Virus record (IMG/VR): IMGVR_UViG_3300044911_000843
Coordinates: 1-62,701 of that record
Length of the DNA: 62,701 bases
Origin: a virus
Lineage: Duplodnaviria; Caudoviricetes
Strand: one strand, 5' to 3'
Of this stretch, positions 29,179 through 38,722 are shown piece after piece. Under the pieces are notes generated by a model. It made no database searches and was not told the origin of the DNA. It saw only the letters and a program-made list of their open reading frames with translations. Each line of letters starts with the position of its first letter. Positions within the stretch are counted from its first letter, which is position 1. Made by a program: the position numbers and the translations under genes.

Positions 29179-30729
29179 TCATCCGGCCTGCAGTATTACC
29201 CAGTTCGTCCCGTCGGATACAACCGTACACCATTTACCCGGAACACTCTGAAGCAGGGCCGTACCGGCAGCGCCGCCGCCCAACGGCACAACATTGGACG
29301 ACGCAGACACAACAGTGTGATTCTCGTAATTCTGAAACATGATTTCACGGCCCGTCCACGACGACGCAGCGGGGAACGTCACAGTGCAGGTCGATCCGGC
29401 CTTGTTGCTGATAAGCCAGTTATCGGTGTCCGCGACCGTGAAGTTCTCTGTTTTCGTGACAGGTGCGCCGCGCCCAAATGCGCCCGACAGGTTCTTTAAG
29501 TACCCATTATTGCCGATCTGCCAGCGGTCAGTGCGCGTTGCCGCGCCGTCCGCCGTGGTGGCAAACATAAGCCGCCCCGGCATGTCGTTAGTGCCGGGAG
29601 TGCCATCCACTTCTGCTCTGATGCAAGCGCCTTCAATAAAGCCGGTGCCGTCAGACCCTTCAAAGACCAACTCACCCATCACGCCATTATCCGACAAAAC
29701 CGAATGTGTTCCGATTGTGCTGCCGAGTGAATGGGCGAGCCTTACGGTCGGCCCGGTCGTAATTGTTGAATTCCATAGGGCCGCGCCAAAACCCGACAGC
29801 AACTGCGTGGTGGTGACGGTCTCGTAGAGCGGCGTAGCGCCGCCAGAAAAAGACACGGCTGCTGTGGTACCCGCAACAACTTGGCCGGTTGCACTAACCA
29901 AAAACGGCGTAGCGTCCGGGTTTGTGGCATCCTCAACAAGGATTGCGTTGCCTGTACCAAGCTGTGTGACACGCAGCGCAGCATTTGTGTTGTCCGTTAC
30001 CGAGATGATTTGATTGACGGAAAACGTATTGGCCGTGTTGAGTGTCGCCACAGTCCCTGTCGTCGCCGGGAACGTCATGGTTGTCGAGTCGGTGCCCGCG
30101 AGCGTCAGCGAGTTGTTCGCGGTCAGCGTCTTGGCGGCAGCAATCGTGAGCGTCCCCGTACCTGCCGTCCAAGTGTTGCCGTTGTACGTTTTATTGGTAA
30201 GGGCCTCAGACCCAGCCAGCGTGGCCAGCGTGCCCGTTATAGGCATCGTGATGCTGGTATTGGCCGTCAACGTGGCCGTCAGGTTATAGGCACCGCTGGT
30301 AACAAGGTTACCGGCCAATGTCAGGGTAGATGCGCCAGCCGTCCACGTATTGCCGTTGTAGGTCTTGTTGGTGAGGGCATCAGTGGTTGCCCTGCCGACA
30401 AGCGTATCTGTCGATATGGGCAGCGTAAGAGTGCCAGTATTTGAGATGGTCGCAATGACAGGCAGGATAAGTGTCTTGTTGGTAAGAACGTCAGTGGTTG
30501 CCCTGCCAACAAGCGTGTCAGTAGATGTCGGTAAAGTCAGCGTGCCGGTGTTGACGATGGTCGCAATGACAGGCGCGGTGAGTGTCTTGTTGCTCAGCGT
30601 GTCTGTCGTTTCCTTGCCGACAAGAGTATCCGTGGCCGTAGGCAGCGTTAGAGTGTTGTTCCCCGCGACGGCGGGTGCCTCGACCGAAATCTGTCCGCTT
30701 GTGTCGCCGGAAAAAACAACGGCGCTCAT
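29179..30729 (-). CDS. Tail fibre protein with TLTLPT.TDTLVGRATTD.LTNKT repeats
   Basis: Three to five visible ~39-aa repeats; DMPGRL.F.T and SDGTNW motifs. Confidence 0.8.
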   Translation of the reverse strand: MSAVVFSGDTSGQISVEAPAVAGNNTLTLPTATDTLVGKETTDTLSNKTLTAPVIATIVNTGTLTLPTSTDTLVGRATTDVLTNKTLILPVIATISNTGTLTLPISTDTLVGRATTDALTNKTYNGNTWTAGASTLTLAGNLVTSGAYNLTATLTANTSITMPITGTLATLAGSEALTNKTYNGNTWTAGTGTLTIAAAKTLTANNSLTLAGTDSTTMTFPATTGTVATLNTANTFSVNQIISVTDNTNAALRVTQLGTGNAILVEDATNPDATPFLVSATGQVVAGTTAAVSFSGGATPLYETVTTTQLLSGFGAALWNSTITTGPTVRLAHSLGSTIGTHSVLSDNGVMGELVFEGSDGTGFIEGACIRAEVDGTPGTNDMPGRLMFATTADGAATRTDRWQIGNNGYLKNLSGAFGRGAPVTKTENFTVADTDNWLISNKAGSTCTVTFPAASSWTGREIMFQNYENHTVVSASSNVVPLGGGAAGTALLQSVPGKWCTVVSDGTNWVILQAG

Positions 30730-31259
30730 TACAACACCACCCAGCGAGAACCGGAAGAAACTGTGACGGCGACACCAGAGGCTACCGTGATGGGACCTGC
30801 GCTCATACCGCTTCGCCCTACCGGAATGGTGTAGTTGCTCGACACCATCAGGCTGTTTGTGATGATGCCGTTACTGGCCTGTAAGACATTTGCAGAAAGT
30901 TCCCCTTCAACCGTGGCGTTTCCGAGGTTGTCCTCGACCACCATGGACGAAGCGATTGGCAGCATCGCCACCCGCTTGGTGCCAGATGTAAACGTCACAG
31001 TCGCATTGGCATTGGAAGACGAGATGATCGCAGTGCGTACCAGATACGAACTGCTGCCGGTGAGAAGGTAACTGCCCTCTCCAATCTCCCATTCGTCGTC
31101 AGCGTCTGTGTTTATGATCAAATACTGGCAGGTATCGCCAGTGGTCATCTGACTGGCAAATGTCCGGTAAGACGTTTGATATACGCCTTCAAGGGTCATG
31201 TTGCCGGTTCCGGTGGAAGTTGAGGATTCCTGAACACGGTCAGCTTTAACAAATGCCAT
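30729..31259 (-). CDS. Tail fibre anchor / structural protein
   Basis: MAFVKADRVQESSTSTGTG..EWEIGEG; C-terminal SAGPITVASGVAVTVSSGSRWVVL. Confidence 0.7.
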   Translation of the reverse strand: MAFVKADRVQESSTSTGTGNMTLEGVYQTSYRTFASQMTTGDTCQYLIINTDADDEWEIGEGSYLLTGSSSYLVRTAIISSSNANATVTFTSGTKRVAMLPIASSMVVEDNLGNATVEGELSANVLQASNGIITNSLMVSSNYTIPVGRSGMSAGPITVASGVAVTVSSGSRWVVL

Positions 31260-31354
31260 TTTAAGATTTCTCCAGAACTTCCATGAGTCCCTTTGTAACC
31301 AAAGCCTCAAGGTCCTCGCGGTTCATCCTCGCGGGGGGATTACCATTCAAGGGA

Positions 31355-31756
31355 TCAAGCAAGTCTCCCACGGGTCCGCCCCCTCTGAGCGATCCCATTT
31401 CCACGAGCCCCGACTCGATTGCCACCTGTATCCATAGCTCCGGGTCTTGCTGCGTTCTTTTCCCCGGAACGTATTTTCCCAGAGAGAATGGCAGCCGGTA
31501 TTCCGGCTGTTTGAACACCCGTACTTTGTCCCAGTTTATTTTCTTTGACCGGCCTCTCGATTGCACCGGGGCTTTCGTAGTCGAAGAACTCGGTGAGGCC
31601 GCCAAGGCCTTGCCTGATGGTGCCGCCTTCGGCGTACCCACCCGGTTGCATGGCTCGCGAGACATAGTTGGCCCCCTTGGTGCCCTGTAAAAACCGGGGC
31701 ATTTTAACGTATCTGGATTTGTCTTTGTATTTTTCGGCGCTAGGGAGGCCCCTCAT
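31355..31756 (-). CDS. Small basic protein with YAEGG and a C-terminal RGNGIAQRGRTRG
   Basis: 133-aa ORF immediately after the upstream stop. Confidence 0.6.
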   Translation of the reverse strand: MRGLPSAEKYKDKSRYVKMPRFLQGTKGANYVSRAMQPGGYAEGGTIRQGLGGLTEFFDYESPGAIERPVKENKLGQSTGVQTAGIPAAILSGKIRSGEKNAARPGAMDTGGNRVGARGNGIAQRGRTRGRLA

Positions 31757-31758
31757 TA

Positions 31759-32010
31759 CTAGCCCTTACCGACGTTCAAGGAGCCAACGGAAACTGCCAA
31801 CTCTGGCGCAAAGTCGGGGTCTTCGATGTCTTTCTGAGGGAGCTTCGCCAGAACGTCCAAGTGCGCCTTGTGTGCCGGATCATCCAGCACCTCGACGCCT
31901 AACAGGAATACACCGCCTTCCCGCTCTATCGGATTAAGAGCGGCAGACGGCGTGGAGAGGCCGCGCACGCTGTCGGCTTCAGTTGAGGTTAGAAGGATGA
32001 ACATAGGCAT
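31759..32010 (-). CDS. Hypothetical protein
   Basis: MPMFILL..; TGATG coupling. Confidence 0.6.
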   Translation of the reverse strand: MPMFILLTSTEADSVRGLSTPSAALNPIEREGGVFLLGVEVLDDPAHKAHLDVLAKLPQKDIEDPDFAPELAVSVGSLNVGKG

Positions 32011-32828
32011 CAGACATTCGCTCCGACTGAGGTCGCCCACGCCTGCACCGCGTTGTAGCGCGCAAGACGCTGCGCTTGACTGAGCGCGGCACCGACAGCC
32101 GAGAACCCAATCGAGGCCGCGCGGAAGCCCGCCGCCGTTCCAACGTTGTTGTAAGCGCCGAGGAAAATGCTGTTCGCGGGAAGCGAAACCCCAACCGCAG
32201 CCGGGTCAACCGTGCGCGTCATGCTGACGCCGTTTTTTGAACCATAGACATCGGTCACAGCCGCGCCATTCCGGCCGCCTTGCGTGAGGCCGAGGCTGCT
32301 TGCGGACGGCAGCGTAAACGTAGCCGCCGCGCTTCCCGCTTGAACGAACGCGTTTCCGGCGGCTCGTGGGCGCATGGTGATGGCGCGACTCAAGCTGTTG
32401 ATTACGCCGGCCGCGTAGGTGTTCGCGCTCAACTCCGCGCGCTCGTAAACCTCCAGATGGATGGAGGTGGCCGTCATCACCGCCGCGTGGGTCAATGGAA
32501 TGAAACCTGTGTCGATGTACTGCGTCGTGCCGTTGAAGGCGTACCCGCGATCCGTCGTGAAGGTCGGTGAATTGGTCGCCACGGCAAGCCTGCGCTGCTT
32601 CAGGGAGGTGAGAGCCTGCGCGAGGTTCTCGGCCCACAAGCCCCAATAGTCATCCGTCAAATCCCATGCTCCGGAAGCCCTCTCAGCAGCGATGAAGGTG
32701 CCAACGATAACCGCGCGTCCAGCCGACACCGTGCCACCGTTGGCCACGACACTGGCAACCCATGCGTTAAGGGTGTCTAGCCCGCTGCCCTGCGTTGCAG
32801 ACGACATCAGGATATCGGAGAAGCGCAT
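32010..32828 (-). CDS. Putative structural protein, lectin/ConA-like beta domain
   Basis: ATG 32828 (TGATG); FTTDRGY.FNGTTQYIDTG motif. Confidence 0.6.
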   Translation of the reverse strand: MRFSDILMSSATQGSGLDTLNAWVASVVANGGTVSAGRAVIVGTFIAAERASGAWDLTDDYWGLWAENLAQALTSLKQRRLAVATNSPTFTTDRGYAFNGTTQYIDTGFIPLTHAAVMTATSIHLEVYERAELSANTYAAGVINSLSRAITMRPRAAGNAFVQAGSAAATFTLPSASSLGLTQGGRNGAAVTDVYGSKNGVSMTRTVDPAAVGVSLPANSIFLGAYNNVGTAAGFRAASIGFSAVGAALSQAQRLARYNAVQAWATSVGANV

Positions 32829-33190
32829 CAGGTGAAGTTCCCCACGCCGACCACAGCGATGCTTGCGCCGGTTGTAACCTTCCACGCCCCGGAGACGCTA
32901 AAGCAGCCAATCGGGACGACGATGGGACGAAGGTCTGCCAACGTGCCGGTCGTGAACGTGTAAATGACCGTCGCGTTGTCGAGGACCGTGGTTGTTCCCG
33001 CCCCCGTCGTCGTGGGCTGCAAGATGACGTGGCTGAGATAGTCACCCGCCGCGCCGGTCGCGCCTAGAACTTGCGCCGTCTGCCCGGCTGCTACCGTCTC
33101 GTACTGAAAACCAGCGGGGACAACGGAAAAGCTGGCGCTTGGCGCTTTCGCGCCACCGCCGATGACCTCTACCAGAGTTGCATTGCTCAT
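32828..33190 (-). CDS. Hypothetical structural protein
   Basis: 120 aa, beta-rich, coupled to its neighbours. Confidence 0.6.
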   Translation of the reverse strand: MSNATLVEVIGGGAKAPSASFSVVPAGFQYETVAAGQTAQVLGATGAAGDYLSHVILQPTTTGAGTTTVLDNATVIYTFTTGTLADLRPIVVPIGCFSVSGAWKVTTGASIAVVGVGNFT

Positions 33191-33834
33191 CAGACCATCC
33201 CTCCCGACTGGATAATGCGCCCAGTAAGAGACTGTGGGCTGGCCGCCGTCGTGATAACAAAACGCACAGCGGTCACCGGATTATTGATTGTGGCATCTGC
33301 CGTGGCAGTCTTGGAGACCATGGTCGCGTGGTCGAACCACGTCTGGGTGCCGTTGGGCCAAGTCGTCGCCTGCACATCGTCGTAGGTGTACTGCAACTTG
33401 TAGGTTGCCCCAGTCACGGCTGTAACAGCAACCGAGATGTTTGCGGGAGGATAGACATCCAAGGGAATGATCTGGCTCGTGCCAAGCCCGTTGACTCCAA
33501 CGGTAATGGCACCCGCCGCAGCCCCCGAGATGGTAACTCCGGTGACTTCTTTGAAATACTTGGTGGTCGCAACGGTTTCGTTGTTGGGTCCGGTAATAGA
33601 GGTCTGGGATATCGTGTTGCCGTCACGGTCGCGTCCCGTAACGTCTAACGTCCGATTGGAGATATCCGAGCCTGAGTAAATCGTGACGATCTGGGGGGAG
33701 GCGAACGTGGCCACACCACCCGTGGCGAGAGCGCCATTGATCGTGACCGCACCCGCGCCTGCTGGCGTCTGGGATGCGGCAACGCCGTCAGCATCGAGAA
33801 CTGATGGCGAAAGAGAAACTGTAATGGGTCGCAT
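33190..33834 (-). CDS. Hypothetical structural protein
   Basis: 214 aa; DADG.A.SQT..V.G.D..G..ITGPN..TTKYF pattern. Confidence 0.65.
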   Translation of the reverse strand: MRPITVSLSPSVLDADGVAASQTPAGAGAVTINGALATGGVATFASPQIVTIYSGSDISNRTLDVTGRDRDGNTISQTSITGPNNETVATTKYFKEVTGVTISGAAAGAITVGVNGLGTSQIIPLDVYPPANISVAVTAVTGATYKLQYTYDDVQATTWPNGTQTWFDHATMVSKTATADATINNPVTAVRFVITTAASPQSLTGRIIQSGGMV

Positions 33835-33863
33835 AATTCATCCTCTACAAAGGATTACCGCGC

Positions 33864-33894
33864 AAAAATGGCCCGTAACCGGAGCTACGGGCCA
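33864..33894 (-). terminator. Probable intrinsic terminator
   Basis: GGCCCGTA/TACGGGCC stem followed by ATTTTT on the minus strand. Confidence 0.6.
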
Positions 33895-33963
33895 AGTCTG
33901 CGAGGAGGAAGCCGGGAGTGACACCGGCTATTAACGCCCGGAGTGGAGGCGTTAATCCAGTTG

Positions 33964-34998
33964 TTAGGTCGGGTTGACGGCGATGCCGCTGGTGGCGGCG
34001 ACTACGCTTGCACCGTCAACGTAGATTTGACCGCGCGAGGTGGCGTCGGTGCCGAACTCCGTGATGCCGACCAGCGTGCAGTCCTTCATCAGAAGGAGAC
34101 CGCCAGCGGAGGCCGGAAGCGTTACCAGACCGCTCATCGTGGTCGAACCCGACTGCGCGGCGTTACCGAACGTGCAACCCCGGAAGAGGGTCGTGCGGTC
34201 AATGCAGTTTGCACCCGTACCAAGGATACCAATGGTGGTAGCCGAAGAGGTATAGAACGGGAAGTTACAGCCAATGAACTCGTTGCGCGGGGTCGCCTCT
34301 GCCAGTTCAAGAGTGGCGTTAGCCACCGTCTTGGTCACAGTATCGAGGCCCATCGTGCAGTTGACGAAGCGATTCTCGCCCGTGCCGCTGACCAGCAGGC
34401 TACGACTGGTCGTTGACTGCGCCGAAGCCGCGTCACCGGCACCGCCAAACGTGACGTTCTCAAAGTAGTTACGTCCGCCCGTGACAGTGAAGCAAATCTG
34501 GCTTGCCCCTCCGGTCGAGAAGCCGTTGAAAAAGGACACGTTCTGGATGATGCAGCCCGAACCAGACATCGTCACGAAGTTACCCGACCCGAAGGTCGCC
34601 ATCGTATAGGTGCCGGTGGGGGGAGCAAAACGGGAACGGCTGTTCAGGGTCGGGGCCGCCATGCCAACAATGTGAACCGCGTTCTTGCTCAGAACGAGGG
34701 TGCCAGCCGTGACCGTCGAATCGACAGCCACAGCATTCGCCAGCGACAGACGCTGCGAGCCCGTGGACAGACCATTATCAACGATGACAATGACATCATT
34801 GTAGCCATCACGGGCATTCGCATAAGCGGAATAGATCGTCTTCTTCGGAGACGAAGCATTACCGTTATAGCTATCAGACCCGTTGACATAATCGACAAAG
34901 ATGACTCGACCATTGGTCAGCGGGATTCCGCTGATACCCATGGTGGGGACGCCATCGACAAGAAGACCGTTGAGAAATTCAGTGGTGGTATCAGACAT
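33964..34998 (-). CDS. Beta-helix-like protein (possible head spike)
   Basis: IFVDYVNGSDSYNG..SPKKTI entry motif and F.NC.F repeats; directly after the MCP. Confidence 0.6.
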   Translation of the reverse strand: MSDTTTEFLNGLLVDGVPTMGISGIPLTNGRVIFVDYVNGSDSYNGNASSPKKTIYSAYANARDGYNDVIVIVDNGLSTGSQRLSLANAVAVDSTVTAGTLVLSKNAVHIVGMAAPTLNSRSRFAPPTGTYTMATFGSGNFVTMSGSGCIIQNVSFFNGFSTGGASQICFTVTGGRNYFENVTFGGAGDAASAQSTTSRSLLVSGTGENRFVNCTMGLDTVTKTVANATLELAEATPRNEFIGCNFPFYTSSATTIGILGTGANCIDRTTLFRGCTFGNAAQSGSTTMSGLVTLPASAGGLLLMKDCTLVGITEFGTDATSRGQIYVDGASVVAATSGIAVNPT

Positions 34999-35041
34999 TA
35001 AAGCCTCCAGAAAAATTGGCCAACGCTACGCGGAGGGAAGG

Positions 35042-35071
35042 ACACCGGGGAACTGATTGGTCCCCCGGTGT
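35042..35071 (-). terminator. Hairpin after the MCP gene
   Basis: ACACCGGGG/CCCCGGTGT stem; weak U-tract. Confidence 0.5.
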
Positions 35072-35084
35072 TAAGACAGGATTA

Positions 35085-35996
35085 TCAGCTTGCGCCGGGG
35101 CTACCGTACATGCCGAGAGGATCAGAGACGCCGAACGAATAGCGGGCGCGTGCCCGATACCGCACATTGCCCGTATCGAAGTCGCCGTCCATGGAAGTCT
35201 TCATGGGCATGCGTTCGAAGTGCTTCAGGCCATTCGGCACATCCGTCTTCAGGAACCAAGCATTGGTGTCCGTCAGGTAATGGTTGACCGTGTAGCCTTC
35301 CGGGATCGAGCCGTTGTTCTTGATCGCGTTGATGTCGTTATTCGCGACACCGACACGAAGCTCCGTCTGGAGAAGACGAGTCGCAACGAACATGAGAGCC
35401 GTCGGAATGATCAGCTTGCGAGGCTGGGCTGCAATCAGCAGACCGCGTTCGTCAAGCCATCCGGCGATCTGGATGACAGCCGCTTCCAGCGAGGTCTCGT
35501 TGAGGTCGGCACCCGTCGTCGGACGATTGCTGTTGGTGCCACCGCTGACCAGCGGATGGTCCGTAGCAAACAGACGCTTGCCGTCACCGTACAGGAAGCT
35601 CGCACTGAAGCCATTGTTGAGAATGGCAGCAGCCTTAACCTGCTTGGTGTAGGCCATCGAGCGAGCCAGCGCCTTGGTGTACCGGGTCGAGAGCGAGTCA
35701 TACAGGTTATCTTCCATCGCTTCTTCAGTGATGGAGAAACCCATGGCTACCGTCTCATGGGTATACCGCGCCGTCCAAGCTTCCTGCGCGTTGTCGTAGG
35801 CGATGCCTTCGCCTTCCGCCTTGACCGGGGCTGCCGCAAACGTGGCGAGCTTGGTCTCTTCTTCGAACGAACGCTCGGAAGTCTCCGTATCGAAGATTTC
35901 CGTGTCTTCGTTTTCGTACTTCTTGTACTCCAGCCCAAACAGAGCGTTGAGACCGGGGAGCAACTCCTTGAGGAGTTGTGCGCGTGAAATTGCCAT
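35085..35996 (-). CDS. Major capsid protein
   Basis: MAISRAQLLKELLPGLNALFG..A.GFSITEEA.EDNLY..RYSFG.SD; head-module position. Confidence 0.88.
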   Translation of the reverse strand: MAISRAQLLKELLPGLNALFGLEYKKYENEDTEIFDTETSERSFEEETKLATFAAAPVKAEGEGIAYDNAQEAWTARYTHETVAMGFSITEEAMEDNLYDSLSTRYTKALARSMAYTKQVKAAAILNNGFSASFLYGDGKRLFATDHPLVSGGTNSNRPTTGADLNETSLEAAVIQIAGWLDERGLLIAAQPRKLIIPTALMFVATRLLQTELRVGVANNDINAIKNNGSIPEGYTVNHYLTDTNAWFLKTDVPNGLKHFERMPMKTSMDGDFDTGNVRYRARARYSFGVSDPLGMYGSPGAS

Positions 35997-36010
35997 TGTC
36001 TAATGCTCCC

Positions 36011-36631
36011 TTAGATCGCGAGTGCGCGCTGATAGGCGTGCATTCCGAAGTTCCAAGAAACCAGAACGTCGGGGTAATCGTCCGTAGGGGCAAGGCAATC
36101 CTGTGCAATGCCAGCGGCAATGCCGGGTTCTACGTTGTTACCGGCCCAGCCGATAATACGCAGCGGCAGGGTATCGGTCGTAGCGACCGTGGACACATCC
36201 AGAGTGACGCCGCTGTTGCCAGAGGTCGTCACGCCCGCACCCTGAACCACACCAGCGTTGTTGAACAACATGGTCTGGGTCATGGCCGCATTACCCTGAA
36301 TCCTGAAGACCGTGGACGGGTCATCGCAGACATAGGCAATGGAAAGCGTCGAGTTCGCCGGAACGGTGTTCGCCGTGTACATCTGGCGGAACGTCGCTCC
36401 GTAGGTCGGGTCCATGTACGACACGCCCATGAAGATGCCAATCGGCGTCAGCGTGGAGGTGCCAACATCCTTGGCGATGGTGCCGGTATCAACGAGTTTG
36501 ACGACATCACCAAAGAAGATGCTCGTAGCGTAGTTGGATGCGATAGGCAGCATCCGGGTCGAGCCTGCAAAAGGACGGCCACCGATCAAATTGACCGGCA
36601 CCATCCCGTAGGCGGAGGCAGTGTTTGCCAT
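36011..36631 (-). CDS. Capsid decoration / minor head protein
   Basis: IASNYATSIFFGD.V..G.F.G..DDP..F; upstream of the MCP. Confidence 0.65.
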   Translation of the reverse strand: MANTASAYGMVPVNLIGGRPFAGSTRMLPIASNYATSIFFGDVVKLVDTGTIAKDVGTSTLTPIGIFMGVSYMDPTYGATFRQMYTANTVPANSTLSIAYVCDDPSTVFRIQGNAAMTQTMLFNNAGVVQGAGVTTSGNSGVTLDVSTVATTDTLPLRIIGWAGNNVEPGIAAGIAQDCLAPTDDYPDVLVSWNFGMHAYQRALAI

Positions 36632-36654
36632 GATAGGTCCTCTGTTTAGGTGCC

Positions 36655-37122
36655 CTACTTATTCGGGCGACCTGATCCAAACGTCACAGTTGAAGTACGA
36701 GACGGTGCGAGAATGGGCATACGAGGATCAGCCTGCTTCATGAAGTTGTGATCAGATGCCTGAATCTGATTCTTTGTCAGCTTCGTGAAGTGGGCAGCCC
36801 GTTGTTCAGCCCGTTCCGATTCCATCTTGCAAAGGAGAAGGCCACCGACTTCCAGATTCTCCGGAAAGCGCGTCTTGTGATCCTGCATCAGACCAAGATG
36901 CATAACCTCTTCCTTGGGGACTGGAATCCAGCCCTCGCGGAAGCGGGTAGACACATTGGTCGGGTCTGCCTGACCAAGAGTTGCCGTCCGAATCCAGCGA
37001 TAAACGTATCCATCCTGAGGGTCCGGGTCGGGTAGCTTTGACGGCTCAACCCAAGCTTCAGTCCGTTGCGTAGCCTCACGGGTATCATTGGTGCGTGGGG
37101 CGCGGGGGTCCGAGTTAGCCAT
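36655..37122 (-). CDS. Conserved head-module protein
   Basis: YRWIR..D..N..REGW.PV..VGGLLLCK. Confidence 0.65.
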   Translation of the reverse strand: MANSDPRAPRTNDTREATQRTEAWVEPSKLPDPDPQDGYVYRWIRTATLGQADPTNVSTRFREGWIPVPKEEVMHLGLMQDHKTRFPENLEVGGLLLCKMESERAEQRAAHFTKLTKNQIQASDHNFMKQADPRMPILAPSRTSTVTFGSGRPNK

Positions 37123-38119
37123 CGTTGTTCTCCAGTCTAATCATTTCTCGGGCATACTGTTGTTCAGTAATTCCAAGACGCTTTGCCAGCGCCACTTGGG
37201 ACGCCGTGAGAGTCACCCGGTTACTGGCCCTTCCCGCAGGACTGCGGGTTACGCCAGCAACGGCATTCCTACGGGGCGGTGACTGAGTGCGCCCGTTGGT
37301 GCCATTCCCGTTACGGGAATTCCCTTCGTCTTCATCCCGGAAATAATTCGGGAACGACTCGCGAACTGCCTTGTTGATCTCCGCGAAGTATTTCGGAGAT
37401 TCCAAGGGAATCTTTTTCTCAAGCAACTCTTCGTGGACACCGAAGGCAAACGCCGTCATGCGCTTGTCCTGATTGAACCACGGATTGTTTGCTACCCAAT
37501 CCTGCATCGACTCCGACAGGCGGACTTCCTGACGCTGCGGCTGTTGAACCTGCTCCCTGCGTTCATCCCCCTGAGGGAATGAAATAGGGGGGATGTAGTT
37601 CTGGGCCTCTGCCCGCGCCGCAGTCCTTGCCAGTTTCCCCTGAAGTTCCGCAGCCTTCGCGGTGTCGCCAGTCTCCAGCGCCACCCTCAGGCCTTCTTCC
37701 AGAGAGATCATCTCCGTTTCTGCCGCCTGCTTGGTACTATCCAAGAGAGTCTTGTGACCCTCCGAGACCAAGCTGCGGAGCTTCTCGTTTTCTCCGTGGA
37801 CCCTCTTGGCGAAGTCAACGGCGGCGTTATGTTCGCGCTGCCAAGCTTCCTTTGCCCGACGTTCCTCGTGGTATTCCCACTTCATCTGCCTGAGGCGGTC
37901 CTGAACACCTTGGGTGTACTGACCGATCTCTTCCTCTTCCGGAATCAGGGACGGGGTGCCGGGAGCGCGGGGCTGCCTGCCCCGGTCTGCTTCTGGCGTA
38001 TCGTCCTCGACCTCTATCTGGAGATCGTCATCCCCCGGAGCGGATGAAGTCGCAACAACCTTGTCGCCGCTCTTGTCAGGGCGAACATCGATCTCGCTTT
38101 CGATTCTCTCGGTAGCCAT
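37115..38119 (-). CDS. Putative scaffolding protein
   Basis: Acidic coiled coil, W...NPWF, C-terminal LT.SQVALAKRLG....YA. Confidence 0.7.
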   Translation of the reverse strand: MATERIESEIDVRPDKSGDKVVATSSAPGDDDLQIEVEDDTPEADRGRQPRAPGTPSLIPEEEEIGQYTQGVQDRLRQMKWEYHEERRAKEAWQREHNAAVDFAKRVHGENEKLRSLVSEGHKTLLDSTKQAAETEMISLEEGLRVALETGDTAKAAELQGKLARTAARAEAQNYIPPISFPQGDERREQVQQPQRQEVRLSESMQDWVANNPWFNQDKRMTAFAFGVHEELLEKKIPLESPKYFAEINKAVRESFPNYFRDEDEGNSRNGNGTNGRTQSPPRRNAVAGVTRSPAGRASNRVTLTASQVALAKRLGITEQQYAREMIRLENNDG

Positions 38120-38127
38120 GATTTCTC

Positions 38128-38472
38128 CTATGCACGCTCGATGAAGCGCGGATCAGCCACTACAGACAGGATCGAATCGTCATTGATGATGCGAAACTCC
38201 TGTTCCTTGATCTTGAAGCGAGCGCCTGTGTAGCTCTTCATCAAAATCCAGTCTCCAACTTTGCACCAAGGCCCAGTCGGAAACTTTACCGTATCCAGAT
38301 AACAATCCGGACCCATGGCAAGCACATTGCCAACGATTGAGGCGGTATGCTCTCTGGCTTTCAGATCATCAGGGATGAATACATTCCCGATTTTCTCTCC
38401 CTGCGGAGGCAAAGCTATCAGCATGTGATAGCCAACCGGCACGGGCATCATTGTCTTGTTCGTTTTCGCCAT
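38128..38472 (-). CDS. groES: GroES-like co-chaperonin
   Basis: P.GYHMLI..IFIPD..G.VLAMGP..KVGD.I...Y.G..E.RIINDD.IL. Confidence 0.85.
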   Translation of the reverse strand: MAKTNKTMMPVPVGYHMLIALPPQGEKIGNVFIPDDLKAREHTASIVGNVLAMGPDCYLDTVKFPTGPWCKVGDWILMKSYTGARFKIKEQEFRIINDDSILSVVADPRFIERA

Positions 38473-38474
38473 GA

Positions 38475-38672
38475 CTATTCCTCATCACCGGCTGAATCCG
38501 GGTCTTTCAGGAGGGGATGAATATCCTCCATCAGGTCCCACATGCCTCTGAGATAGCCTATCGAATAACGATACTCTTCGAATGTCTGGACACCATTGAT
38601 GATGGTTTCCTGTGTTCTCTTGAAGCGATCTGTGTATCGCCTCTGAACAAGTTCATTCAGATTCATATTCAC
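38475..38672 (-). CDS. Small protein downstream of the portal
   Basis: FEEYRY.IG..RG motif. Confidence 0.65.
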   Translation of the reverse strand: MNMNLNELVQRRYTDRFKRTQETIINGVQTFEEYRYSIGYLRGMWDLMEDIHPLLKDPDSAGDEE

Positions 38673-38722
38673 TCCGGATGCCTAGGATAACCCCTAGTGG
38701 CTCGCTGCGCTCGGTGGCTTGC

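Noticed and set aside
31261-31665. 134-aa alternative-frame ORF
   Set aside because: Overlaps 31355-31756, which carries the family motifs; at most a 21-aa tail ORF is possible
35016-35987. 323-aa plus-strand ORF opposite the MCP (similar cases at 39242 and 56827)
   Set aside because: Antisense open frames caused by codon bias in GC-rich genes
37562-37583. Extra ATCC-N8-GGAT-like box (also ~57008 and ~45472)
   Set aside because: Mismatched in the core and partly within coding sequence, so not counted
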